A program made the translations under genes and the position numbers. From Trichinella spiralis (lineage: Eukaryota), in the NCBI RefSeq assembly GCF_000181795.1, contig NW_003526943.1, positions 9,966,849 through 10,030,848 of the forward strand: a DNA stretch of 64,000 nucleotides, written 5' to 3'. The notes under the pieces were generated by a model. It did not search any database. It saw nothing but the letters and a program-made list of their open reading frames with translations, and was not told the origin of the DNA. Positions 13,853 to 26,706 of this stretch are shown in pieces (positions within the stretch are counted from its first letter, which is position 1; every line of letters begins with the position of its first letter).

Positions 13853-14835
13853 ATGGCTATTTCACCAGCAAGCCAGCAGCTATTATGCACAAAAAATTAC
13901 CCTCTACCAGATCAATTTTATCATACATCAGATGTTTCAAAGCAGTTTACGCTGCACAGGAATTTCAAAGATTCACAAAAGCTGTCCAAAAATGTTCATT
14001 TTAATGAAGCTAATTTTTGGCAACACTGCGTTCGAGCACTTCGACTTGATTCATATTTAGGTATGATGATTTATTTATTATATATAAAGTATCGTGATTA
14101 ATTTATTTCTCAACCTAATTTGTTTAACTTTTGTTTAAAAAGTAATTTCATTTATTTAAAACGGCTCAAATAGTATCAAATAAAATTTAAATGAAATGCA
14201 ATAAATTCTATATCATTCCCATATTTATGATAAATTATTTTGTCAGAATTCAATTAAACTTTAATTTTTATCTAATCAATGCACAATAAAAAAACATTCG
14301 TTTCATATTGAAAATTTAAATTATCATAGGTAAAAATGGGAAATATATCTTTAACAGAAATATTTTAGAACGACAATGCAATGGCAGATCGAATGAAATT
14401 TCTATGCTTTCTCATCAAGCAAAACGACGTCCTCGTGTGTTGTTCACTCAACGACAGGTGCAGCAACTGGAAAGTCGCTTCAAACAGCAACACTATTTGA
14501 CTGCTTTTGAAAGAGATGAAATGGCAAAAAAATTAAAGCTAACCAGTCATCAGGTGAAAATATGGTTTCAGAATAGACGATATAAATTCAAAAGGGTAAG
14601 GCAAGACAAGACGCTAGAATTGACAGTCAATTTTCCAAAACTGCACCACTCTTCATTGCCCCTACTTCTACAACCTGGTGAAGCGTATCAAACAAGCAAA
14701 AATCCTTTTGATTGCAGATTTTTAACATCCCAGACCGTGTCATCTCATTTTCTCATCTCATCTGCACTACCTCATTCATGCACTACTCAATGCATGCCAG
14801 TACAAAGTTCTTCATTTCCATGGCAGCAGTCTTAA
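13853..14835 (+). CDS. ceh-28: NK4-family (tinman/Nkx2.5/ceh-28-like) homeodomain transcription factor; the true start may lie further upstream (about 13622)
   Basis: Homeodomain [58 protein letters not shown] has the NK2-class Tyr54 and is followed by RQDKTLEL, as in Nkx2.5 (RQDQTLEL). Exon 13853-14060 splices in frame (G|GTATGA...TTAG|AA) to the homeobox exon. A TATA-like CTATATAAAG lies at about 13542. Confidence 0.85.
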
Positions 14836-16294
14836 AATGTTAAAGTAAATAATGGATATTTACAACAGCTTACTTAGTTCAGCATTTTGGGCAGTATTTT
14901 TTCCCACACAATTTTTACTAAAATTGCTGTAAGCGGTTTGCATCGTTTATATTATTTTACTGTAGTTACACTGCATCTGAATACTGTAGTTATGCAGCGT
15001 TTCACGAAATTGCTTTTGTTAGCACTTGAAAGTATTTATACATTTTTACAGCATTTTTATTTACTAGGTAGAAAAATAAAACAGTGAATAAATATTTTGA
15101 AAAGCAGAATAAATTTTACTCAATAATTATTTACATATTTGAATTAATGTTACTCCATGCATTAGTAATGATGTTTTTGTGCAACAAGAAAAAGTTTTTA
15201 TTACTCATTCTCAACAAATTAGCAAAATTTTAAATGGAATATAAAAATTAATTTATTAAACATGTATATCTAGTTTAAAAGCTTAGAAATAATTTGTTCA
15301 CTTTTTCCTTGTCACACATTAATAACTAATAATGATAATCAATTAGATGAGCCATGTTACATCACATCATTGCAGCCTAAAGTCCAACAAACTTTACTGT
15401 CATATATTTTAAAACAAAATCTTATTCAAAAAATGAACTTAAATTCACGAGATGAAAACTGCTATTAATATATTTATATGTGAGACACACAAAAACTGAT
15501 TATTACTATGAGCAATGAAACATAATCAGTCACAGTTATAAAAATGTAAAGCTTATTTTTATTCTGCACTAACAGTATTAAAAATCTAAAAAATAGCTAT
15601 CTTAAAATGTCAATCGATAAAAAATAATTGCATAATTAAAGGAAATCAACCCAATTAATTAATTCACAAGTTGTATGCAACAGTGACACATTCATTTAAT
15701 ACAAAGCAGTTTACTGCTGAGATCATAATAAAACTATGAAATAATGCAAAGAAACATTATTATGCAAAGTATCACATGTGTAAGTCGACAACGCACAATG
15801 TAAAATAGTGCAACGTGAATTTTCGTCCACCTCGAGCACAGCAGAAGCATTTTCATGTCCACAGTAATTGGGTACACTAGAAACCGTGATCAATTTTTTG
15901 TTACCAAAAAATCTATGGTAGCTAAATGAAGTTTAATTATTGATATGTACAAAAAAATTCAATAGCAACAATCAAGTAAGGTTTCCAGTATGGTTATTGC
16001 CGGGATTTACGAAATTCAGATAAGCAGGAACAACCGTAAATGACTATACTACGTAGAGCTACAATAATACTGATGCCTACTAATAACCTCTTCTTCTGTT
16101 TCCTTCATCACACGAATAATATATATAAATTTTTACTCACACGTAATAAAAACAGAGTAATACAAGGTTTCAAAAGTCAAATATTTGGGAAAACAACGAA
16201 AAAGAACACAGAATAACAAAACACAAAACTAGTCACAACACACTCAGTTCATCCATTACTGATTTTCACAAAGACAAGAAATACAGTAGGGTTC

Positions 16295-17280
16295 TAAATG
16301 CCATCACAGACGCACCATCATAACACTATGAAATAATGCAGCGCGGATCCAGTCCAGCACTCTCTAACATTCATTCAGTATAACACCACACAGACTTACG
16401 GCATACATCCAAAATTTTTTCACAGAGCTGTAGCCATGATTTCTACAAATTCGTTTTATATTTCAGGTGATTTCTAAATGGCTACTTTGGAAGTATACTT
16501 GATCAATTCTTCCAAATGAGTATCATTTCCAGATTGAACTTTGGTGCCATCTACCTTTATACCGTAGAACCCAATGTCACAACGTCGGCATTCACTTGCA
16601 GTTTCTTCACAAAATTCTCTGTAGCTATGATTGCTACAACTTCGTTTTGTATTCCAGGTGACTTATAAATTGCTACTTTGGAAGTATACTTGATCAATTC
16701 TTGTAAATGAGTATCTTTAACCAATGTAAATTCAAACAATCTTAAAAACAAGCCGAACGAGGAACATGTTTCACTTGAATAAACTGAATATGATTCATCG
16801 TCAACACGAAATGAAAGCTCATTTGAAGCCAGAAATTTTATCACATCAAATATCACCGTATCGTAGTAGCGGTTTTTAAACAGTTGATTTTCATTGACCA
16901 AACTTGAAGTTTCTCGATTTTCGTTCACATGCAACCTTTTTTGCTATCCATTTAGAGATTGCCCACATGTGAGCTGTTGACATTTCACGCCTTGCAAAAC
17001 CATTCGATTTATCAAGTGCGCATTTCCATTTGCGGTAACCACTCTCCACTTCCAAGCACCCTGATCTAGCGCCAACACTTCTAAAAATTGAATCCAAGCC
17101 GGAAGAAATGGAAGCAGAAAAGCGCATGAAACGCAGCCATCAATCTAGTATTCTGGATTATTTAACATCTGACAATAAATAAAGACTTTGTTAACTTTTG
17201 ACGAAGTGGCCATTATGAAAAGTGAAACCGTTTTTTTTCGGGTGAACCTTTAAAACCTTTGTAAGTTGCAAACTTGTCCA
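16295..17280 (-). mobile_element. Decayed hAT-superfamily transposase (ZMYM1/DUF4371-like) with stops and frameshifts
   Basis: Minus-strand fragments: GYRKWKCALDKSNGFARREMSTAH; IFDVIKFLASNELSFRVDDES...GLFLRLFEF...YKSPGIQNEV; and IIS*CYDGASVMA (16302-16325). These match the familiar GF..WK...H..S..H, L..RG.DE...G.F..L...Y.S..IQNE and Q.YDGA..M.G motifs of this family. Confidence 0.85.
16428..16715. repeat. Diverged direct duplication of 97 bp inside the hAT relic (16428-16524 and 16619-16715)
   Basis: Both copies read CTGTAGC.ATGATT.CTACAA.TTCGTTTT...CAGGTGA.TT.TAAAT.GCTACTTTGGAAGTATACTTGATCAATTCTT..AAATGAGTATC. Confidence 0.85.
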
Positions 17281-19966
17281 TGTAGAACAAATTTCTCCGC
17301 GCATTGATGTTCAACTTACACAGGTTTTACCGTACTGAGATATCTCTGATAAGATACAATAATACCACCAACTGAAAGAGCTGCATTGCACAAGCTGTGG
17401 ATGCTTTCTTTCCTAGAAAATGGAATAAAATTAGCAATCTTGCTTGAAGAGATACAGCAACAGATGCTTTTTGTAATTATTTTTGAAAGAGGAAAAGTGA
17501 CGATTATTCCTAACAACAAAAATTTGATGATCACAGCGATAAAATTACGAATGCACTCGATAAGAAAAATAAACTGAAGATTATTCTTTATTCAGTACTG
17601 CGGTGCTACCATCGACGAACACTGGCCGTAGCAAACACTCGGGGTTTTTCATGAATGCCCCTGCCTGAATTTCTAATCGTGCGCGAAATTTAGAAAGTTG
17701 CAAAATTTTATTTTCAAACAACATCATTAACATCACATCTGTTCTAACTTTTTTCCATATACATTCAACGGTCTCGAAACTTTCAAACATATCAAACGCC
17801 CAAAAACCCCCTTGAAGTTTTATATTAAAATTTAAACATAGAAAATAAGAATCACTAAGAAATATGTTGTCAAAGTGTCTATCTAAAGTACACTTTTATG
17901 GACTTTTGTAAATGTAAATTTTAATACCCGTAAAATAATCAAATTACATCTCAGAATTAACTTTTATGCTGTACTGAACTGGTTTTTATACATTCATTCA
18001 ACATAATAAAAGAAACTACTATTAATTCTATTAAAGTCTCAATTTCATTTTCTTATGAGTAAGCTTCTTCCACTGATCGGTTTGTTCGTCGGCAAGTCAA
18101 ACGAATCTTAATTTCTAGTTCCGTTACTACTCAACAGCACTGCTTTTCTGAGTAAGAACGTTCTTAGGTTACGCACGTCTTTGTCAGTACCAACTTCGCG
18201 CTGTTACAGAATTATGTCTGTTCTCATTTACTTGACGTTTTAATTCTACTTCTTATACAGCATTAAACTGAATTCTGAATTATGGTAGGATGACGTTTGT
18301 TACGTAAACAACTAATCTTCATGCAACTACAAGACCAAGCTTTATTATTCAACACAATACGTACGATGCATGCAAATATCTATAACCATACACACGACCT
18401 TACCTATGCTTATATTAGAAGAACACTTGCCATAGCACATCGATATACAAAGCTGCCATATTCCATTTTATCCACCGTCTTTTTTACCGTACCCTTCTTG
18501 ACACTCAAGGTTTAATTTTGATACAAAATACGATATCCAATACTTTTTATTTTTAAAAATAATGAAGTATTATTACTTATAGAATGTTTAAACCTAAATA
18601 TGAATTTCTGAAATCTTGAAATCTTTGTAAAATTCTTCAACTGCCACTGTAATTAAGTAGCAAAAAAACAATAAACAGTAATATTGAAATTCAAGCACAA
18701 ATAATATTTTATTCCTACTGTTCACCGCTAAAATTTATATTTTCAGACATTTTTTAACTAAAATATTGTTTGGAAATGTAAATCTGCGCCAGGATCAATT
18801 TTGCTAGAATAACAAGCCATTAATTTGTTAAAGTAATACACTGAGGCTTTTAAACAATTTTACAGTACTGCATGAGTAATTGAAATTCACGTTCAATGCA
18901 TTCTGTATCGCAAAATGAACAAACAACACTAATTTTCGGAAGTTTAATAACGCCCAAAATGATAGCAAGTCATTAAGTTGTTTCACTGTAGCTTGGAGCT
19001 GCGTCGTATTGTTCATGCTACGTCATTTCTTAATGCAGCTCCTTCCTACAGATTTGAATTATGCTTAGTGCATTCAGTTTGAAGGTTTTGTTTGAGTTGA
19101 GCATGTAAATTTACTTGCCACCCACTGAAGTAGAGAGTAAATTTTTTAAAGCGAAAACATCGCAGAACAATTTCCAGAAAAGTAAAGCAACCTTATATAA
19201 TAAACTGATCGTTAAAGTGAAATAAACACAAAAGTTAACTTCTGTACGCTAAATTTCATTAATTACTTTAAAATTAATAATATATTTTATTTTAATACAC
19301 TTAACAATTAAATAACTTTTAAAATTATTATTAATCTTAAGGTATGTTTACTTAACAACAAAAACATCTGATAAATTAAATAAATGACGCATTTTAAAAA
19401 AAGAATTAATTTTCTTGTTTTAATAAACTTTAAACATAATTTTAGACTTTAACAGTTATAACTTTATAAACTTATGCTAAATCATCCATCAGTTTGAGTA
19501 AATATAACCTTGATTATAAATTGTTTTTACAGTATTCAGCAAACAATATTGTATACTGTCAGTTGTTGTTAGTTCTTGTTTTGTTATGCTTTGTGCTTTG
19601 GCTTTGATCACTGGAAACAGATTTGTCATTTTTATTTAGAAGAGTAGCAGGTGATATTTTTACAGCTACTTGTTCACAATTGTTGTTAGCGGGGCATTAA
19701 AACTATTTTCATTATTCTGTATTTTTAATTGTAATTGCAGTAATTTTGTCATTTTCATCTTTTCTATACATAATCTATCATATTTTGATTATTTTCTTCT
19801 AAAAATAATAATTTATTGTTTTATTTAACTGTCACTAATATTGTATTGGCTTGCTGTACTTGTATTACGTAGGACAGCTACGTTGATTGCGCACATTTTA
19901 ATTGCAGTAGCTGTGAGTTTAAAGTATTTTTACATTATACTATATGATTGTTATAGATAAAGAAAT

Positions 19967-22900
19967 ATGAGTAGTGATTATCGCAGTAAAGGTTATAGTG
20001 GCGAAAGCAGTGATCGTCGTTTACATGCTGAGCATCATAATTATGATTATGCCTATGATCGACGTCACAGGTTTGTGATGTATAATGAAGAATATATTAT
20101 TTATTTTATTTTATTTTATTTTATTTTATTTAAGCAGAAACCATTCCTCTCGCTATGAACGTAGTCGTAATCGCAGTCGCAGCAGCTCATCTGATTGGAG
20201 TAGATCTAGTAGGCATCGAAGTTACCGCCGCAGTCGAAGTCGTGAACACCGAAACTACGATGATAGTGACGAAGGCTATTCCAAACGTTCACCTTTTTGT
20301 GATGAAGATGTAAACTGCATCATTCTTCCCTTGTTTTGTTACACATGTTGTACAATATAAAAAGAATATAATTGTTTAACTGTGGCAAACGTATTTAAGC
20401 GAACATATGAAAGCAACAGGCCGAGATATAGATATGCCAACATTGAACCAAATAGTACACTTGTTGTAAAAGGAATTCCTCTAAGCTATAACGAAGAACT
20501 GGTAATTCTGTTTGAAAAAAAATTTTGCATTGCAAACTGGAGAAAGCTTTTTTATAGGTTCGAAATGCAGTTGTTGAAATGGGAGTGACACCGATAGATG
20601 TCAGAATATTACGAAGAAGAGAATCAGGTTATTAATTATGTTTTAGTTTATTCTTGTTTACTTATGCGTTGTTATGTATATATACATATGTGTGTGTACG
20701 TTTGTGCATGTTTGTGATTATGCATAAAAACTAATATTGTTTTATCATTAGTTATGTTATTTCAGGCGAAAGTCGTGGATTTGGGTTTATTGAATTCATG
20801 AGTATAGAAGAAGCAACTAAGTACATGGAACGTAGTCAGGTTTGACCGTATTTTTAACTTATTGTAATATTATTGCAAAATTGAACGAAGAAAAATCAGT
20901 TTTTTCGCTTTTGCGTAGAATTGCATTTTTATGAACTACTAATATGTGTGAAGTTTCAAGTTATTATACAGTCGACCCTCGACATTTGCGGTATGTGCGT
21001 TCCGGCGTTTCCGCGAATACTTACCGTCTCTATTTATAAGCTCTGCTTATGCCTTATAGACTTGCGCAGTTGCCTGAAAACTGCATGGAATATCTCAGAG
21101 CGTCTACTGATTTGCATGTTAAACATTCCATATATATTTTTTCATAATTCCATTGAATGCATACGTTTGTTCCTGTGTGCAACCTTGCCAGAAGTGGATG
21201 GACTGTCCGGTGCATTTCTTTTAAAAAACATTACTATGGAAAGTTGTCTTCCTTTTTTCATTATTTACAAAATTTGCTCGGACCCATACCATAACAAACA
21301 GAGAGGCAGCTACAGTGAATAGAAAGATCAAAGCTCAGTATAAAACAAAAACTACTGCCTAGGAAACTAGCAGTACATCAACAGTATGTAGGCATAAGCC
21401 ATGGTAAACCCCTATAGCATCATGCATTACGTATTTACTCAAATTTTGCGTTATTCTCACGGTGTGTTGGACTGTGCTAGCCTGAGAGCGGACATTCTGC
21501 TCTTCCAGACATGTTTGCACCCGTTTCCAAGCTTACCATCAGTTCAAGAATCATGTGATTGCAGCTGCTTTAAACCGTTCGTTCGCAGCCTTCCTTTTTG
21601 TTTGGCCCTAATTGTTGTTTATCTTATTTATCTTTTCATTACTAGTGGTTAGTTAAGGCTCCTAGTTTGATAAAGTCGTTATCGTTACATTTGGCTTTTT
21701 GATCTACATTGTTGGCTGTTGTTATGCACGAATCCACTCGTTAATGGTCATCGACACGCTAGATATAAAGGACTCGAGTTTTCATTTACTCCGCTTTATT
21801 CAATAATATCAGTTACCTCATCACAAATCGGGCCGACTGTATTTGCATTTAAAACGTGTAAAATTTCTCTTCGATGTTGTTATTTGACAGTGAGATACAG
21901 CGCATTCAAAAGTATATGCTGCCTAAGACTTTGCGTAAGTTGTATTTTACATGTCAAGAATTTATCGTACATTTCATGATAAGTTTTATCAAACAAAAAT
22001 TGCTGTAATGTTTTTGTAATTAAACATTTTATTGTAATTTTTAAGGTTATACTGCTTTTTTACGCAAGAGCCATTTTTGTTGTATTGTTTGAGACGATCG
22101 TAAAATTCACTTCTTTTTGTTTATGCCAGTTGAATTTATAATATTGCGAGCTATTTTTATAGAACTTGTAATTAATTGTTTTTATTGTACAGTATGAAAA
22201 CAGTTTAATTTAAAAATATTGCAAATAGCATATTGCTTGTGCAACTGTATTTATTTTACGTGACGATATTTAGCGATTAAACGAAACTTAAAATTTTATA
22301 CGCCATTTTCTAGTGGAAAATTTGTTCACTCTATTTATTAAATTGAATAATGCGTAATGAAGGTAAAGCAAATGGAAATGGCATTTGCTCTTCAGTTCAA
22401 CAAAATAACTCTAACATTTAGAGAATGTGAAGTAGTAGCAATGCGAGATGTTAACTGCGTACGTATTTAGGGGTTTCTTGAAGTCAATGGACGCCGGATG
22501 GCCGAAGTTCAGTACAGTATTAATAAGAACACATATCCGTCAGCTACATTCGTGACTAGTCAGAGAGGCGGAGATTGGATCTGTGGAAAAGTAATAGTTG
22601 TGATTCATGATTTGCAAGAATATAATTTCTTCGATCATGTTTTCAGTGCACTACAAATAACTTCAAGAAACGGGATCACTGTTTCAAGTGTGGTGTCAGG
22701 AGAGAAGATTCAGATCCAGTATGCGGTGATGGAATTAATGAGATTGGTGTCATGCCCTGTGACAGTGAGTGTTGTTGCATTATTTATTTATTATTTATCA
22801 ACAGTCATCTTTATTTGTAAAAATTTTGCACAATAGCTCTGCTATTTCGAAATCTACCCTACAGTCTTGACGAAGTGAAATTGACCGATCACTTGAATCG

Positions 22901-25900
22901 GACATGTGCAATGACCATTCAGCAGGTGCTAATTGCCAGGAACGTGGAGAATGGTTTCTCTAGGGGTTACGCCTACGTACAAATGACAAGCGTAAATGAT
23001 GCCGCACAACTGCTTACAACACTGACGGCAGTTTCAAAATTGATTATTGATGGACGAGAAAGTATGCGATTGCTTTCATCTTATTAATCAAATTGTTAAC
23101 GCTTTTTGTTTAATTCAATTTCTATCTTAGTTTTGGTTTCCTATTCGAAAATCCCGCTTTGTACAGTTATTGCGGAAACTGCGTTAACTCGTGGCGGTTC
23201 AAATTTGAATGTAATTTTTGATTGAATTTATTATATAATATATAATTTTGTTCAGTAATATTTATTTTCAGCCTGGTAATTCGAATTACTTCAGTTCCGG
23301 TGGAACTGCTGACAAGGCGGACATGTTGATTAGTCAAAGTAATTCGGACGCATGCAAACCATCTTTACCACTTAAATTTATATACTTATATTATTTTTTC
23401 TTGAACAGTTTTTCATTATTCCAGTGAAAGAGGAGGGGAGATAATAATTTTTTTTGTTTTTTTGTGATGAGAGTTGAAAGAATTAGAGGTAAATTGGAGC
23501 GTATTCTTTAATAGTTGGAATTATTGAATTTGCATCAGCGTGACAGACAGGCAGACAGACAGATTGTTTTAAGCAAAACTGAAAAACAATTACAAATGGT
23601 ATGGCGCATGAAAATGAGGACGATGGTTACGGCGTTGTACCACTGATGCTTTTCGTCGCAGTTGCTTTTCTCACTGTTTTGAGGATTTTTTAAGCACCAA
23701 AAAAATATTTTTTCAACGTATATTTTGGAAAAAAGAAAATAAAATCAACTTTGAGAGGGTATTGATGATTTGAATTTTAATGCATAATTTTCACCATTCC
23801 AGCTGATTACACCAACGCCGCTGCAGCTGTTGCGCAGAGTGCTATTAAAAAGGCGCAAGTATTACGGCAGGCAGTTACGCAGGTTTGAATTTCTTTGTTT
23901 TCTTTTTCTCATATTCGCAATTAATTAATTATTTATTCGTGTGAATAATTTATGCAGGTTACCAGTGCCGCTTTGCTCGAAAGTGGTGCGGAATATAAGC
24001 TTCAAAATACGGCTGTACTGATGGCAGGAGGAGGTACGCAAAATGAAATTGGAAACTTGTCGAAAAATGTCCCGTCAGAAGAGTCCAGTGTTGTTGTACC
24101 CCAGTCGTCGGATGTTTCCCTTGGAACGGTGGACACTGCTTACGGAAAATTGCAACGATATCGTACGTCAATTTGTAGTTTGCAGGCATTTGCTAACATT
24201 GCCAAGCTACACCGCACAAGTTGTTGTATTTAATTGATCTGTTTTATTATTAAATTCAAACAGAAAGAATATTTATTTCACTTTTATACCTAGTAGGGAT
24301 ACTAGGAGAATGTGATTTGGCAAGCAATAACTGAGAAGGCTTCTTTTTCTTCATGTTATTATTATATATGAAATTTACATGAACAATTGTTTGTTTCAGC
24401 TGCCCCAAATGTCAGTCAATTTCAGTATGATCAAACCAGTGGATATTATTACGATCCAACTACTGGTTTGTATTATGATTCGAATAGCCAGGTTTTTACT
24501 CATTTGTTTCAAATACATTGCCGCTTCGATGTGACAGTGGGCTGTTTCATTGAACTATTTCGTTTTAGTATTTTTACAACAATACAACGCAGCAGTTTCT
24601 TTACTGGGATAGTAGTTATCAGACGTATTTGCCGGTAGTGTCGTCGCAGGGTGAAGATGTTGGCGTTGGGGAAGAGTCGTCGACAACGAAAGACAAGAAA
24701 ACTGCCAAGCCGAAGCAGGAAAAAGTGAAAGTAGCCAAAAAAATACAGAAAGATATGGAAAAATGGGCGAAGGCGCTGAATCATCGCAAGGAGGCTGTTT
24801 CGACGACGTCATCGTCGTCGTCGTCTTCGACGAAAGTTGTTGCTGCACCGGAAGTGGAAGCGGCAGCAGTAGCAGCTAATTTGACAATATCCGCCGGCAC
24901 GGTTGGTGCGGATGTTGTTGCCGACGACGTCGTTGCACAGAGCTCGTCCGCGGCCAATGCTGCGTACACGATGCTCGAACGGACCGTGGTCGCTTGCTTT
25001 GTTCTTCTATATTTAAAAATTTTCAATTGTCCACATTTTGTTTTTCGACGGAACGTTATTTTTTTACAATTGGGATATTTTTTCTTTTATAGGCGGATCC
25101 TGAATTTCAGCTTGATCATCATCAGGTGATGGTGATACAACACGGCGCGAATGTGACCACTAGTGACGTGGAAAATCCGCCTAAAAAATCCACATCCGTA
25201 GAATTGAATTTTTTAAAGGAGCCGGACGTGGACTGGGAAAAATTGGTCTGTCTTCTGTGCAGGAGGCAATTTCCAACCAAAGATATGTTGGAAAAACATC
25301 AACGGTTGTCCGAAATGCACAAGGTAAACAAACAAACAAACAACCAACAACGGTTGACTGTTTATCCAGCTCATCGTCTAGCGCCTGTTGCTTGATTGAT
25401 TGGTTTGTGATTATTAAAAAAAAAGAAATGTTGTGTTACAATCATCAAAATCAGTGAGAGTGATGGTTTGATTCTCGAATGGAAAGTGTGTTGTAGAGCA
25501 ATTTGGCGGAAAAGCAAGGAAAGCTTAACAAGTCGCGGCAGTTGTCTGCCAGCTCGGCCGGCACTACTCAATACCGGGATCGTGCAAGTGAACGACGTGC
25601 GAAATTCGGCCTGGACGATCAGCCACACCCAAACAAATTGAAAGAGAAATTCTTGGAATCTTTGGAATGGTAGCGGTCGATTATTTTAAACGCTCTTTGG
25701 CTGGGGGCGCGTTGTCGCGCCCCGTGCAGGAATTTTAATATGATACCCCTCAGATGACGATGTTTTCTTGCTTTTTTTCTCATTTAGCACAGCCGTGGCC
25801 ACTCACAAGCCAGCTGTTGAAAGCATTGGCTCTAGATTGATGAGAAATATGGGCTGGAAAGAAGGACAAGGATTGGGAAAATCCAATCAAGGCATCACCA

Positions 25901-26138
25901 ATCCAATTGAAGTAAGCATACGTTGCCGCTTGTGTTTTTTTGCACATAACCTCTCACACCAAGCTTTGTTGTTGTTGCTGTTTTCTCTAATTTTATCCCT
26001 CTTTTTTTCTAGTCTGAGAGGCGTGTCCAAGGTGCCGGCTTAGGGGCTCCTGGTTCCGTTTACAAAGCCAACGCCGGGGCCAGTTATAAAGAGCACGTGA
26101 AAGCGGCACTGCGGCAGAAGTTTTTCGAAAATCGATGA
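19967..26138 (+). CDS. RBM5: RNA-binding protein 5/10 homolog (RS-rich N-terminus, RRM, RanBP2 zinc finger, RRM, OCRE, C2H2 zinc finger, G-patch)
   Basis: Motifs across spliced exons: [10 protein letters not shown] (RNP1); [21 protein letters not shown] (RanBP2 ZnF); SRGYAYVQM (RRM2); [26 protein letters not shown] (OCRE); [24 protein letters not shown] (C2H2); [41 protein letters not shown] (G-patch). Stop TGA at 26136-26138. Confidence 0.95.
20099..20131. repeat. (TTTTA)n microsatellite in an RBM5 intron
   Basis: About 6 tandem TTTTA units just upstream of the TAAGCAG acceptor. Confidence 0.85.
20969..21839. mobile_element. Non-autonomous pogo/Tigger-like (Tc1/mariner superfamily) element in the large RBM5 intron
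   Basis: Left end is TA|CAGTCGACCCTCGACATTTGCG. The reverse complement of the right end is TA|CAGTCGGCCCGATTTGTG. The TA target duplication and CAGTCG-type termini are typical of pogo/Tigger. The interior is GC-richer than the flanks and has no intact transposase. Confidence 0.55.
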
Positions 26139-26706
26139 ATTTTTTTTGTTTTGTTCCAATTCAAATTTTAGGTATCTACCAATTTGAGAGAGAGAGAGAG
26201 AGAAAAAAAAGAGATGCCCATTTGAGCTTTAAAAAATAAAATGGGCAATTTTTGATGTGTGTGTTATTAGCTTTTTTTTTCTTTTTCTTTTCCCTTTTCT
26301 ACTACTGCTGCTTAAAAAGTGGATTCAATTGAATAAATATAAAAAATAAAAGCTTGATTAGATGAGGAAATTTTGATATTTCAATTTCAATCATTATACC
26401 TACAAAAATCATATACGAGATTCCACGTTTGACAGAGAATGAAAATTGCAAACAAAATTGATATCGCCTTTTCCAATGCAATGCAATATGAAAATGTTTT
26501 ACAATTTTAAAGTTGTTTGCTTTAATGCAATTAGCTGTACTTTAAAATATAATAGTTGACTTTGCAATGAAATGAAATAAATCATTACACCGACGGCGAC
26601 TAAAACTGCTTCTAGGTGAGATATCTTTTACAGATGGCAATTTTGAAAATTTCAAATTTGTCTACAGTGTTCTTTGATTTGAAATTTAATTATTCATTTA
26701 AGAATA

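Noticed and set aside
18050..18125. CTTATGAGTAAG followed by a hairpin and AATTTCTAG, resembling U12 snRNA or an SL RNA
   Set aside because: It lacks the U12 5' TGCCTTAA and the GTAAGGA branch-site pairing sequence. The Sm site and the SL donor context are poor.
20921..21979. Three ORFs of 83-133 aa in the RBM5 intron
   Set aside because: They lie in intron/transposon-like sequence and show no protein motifs.
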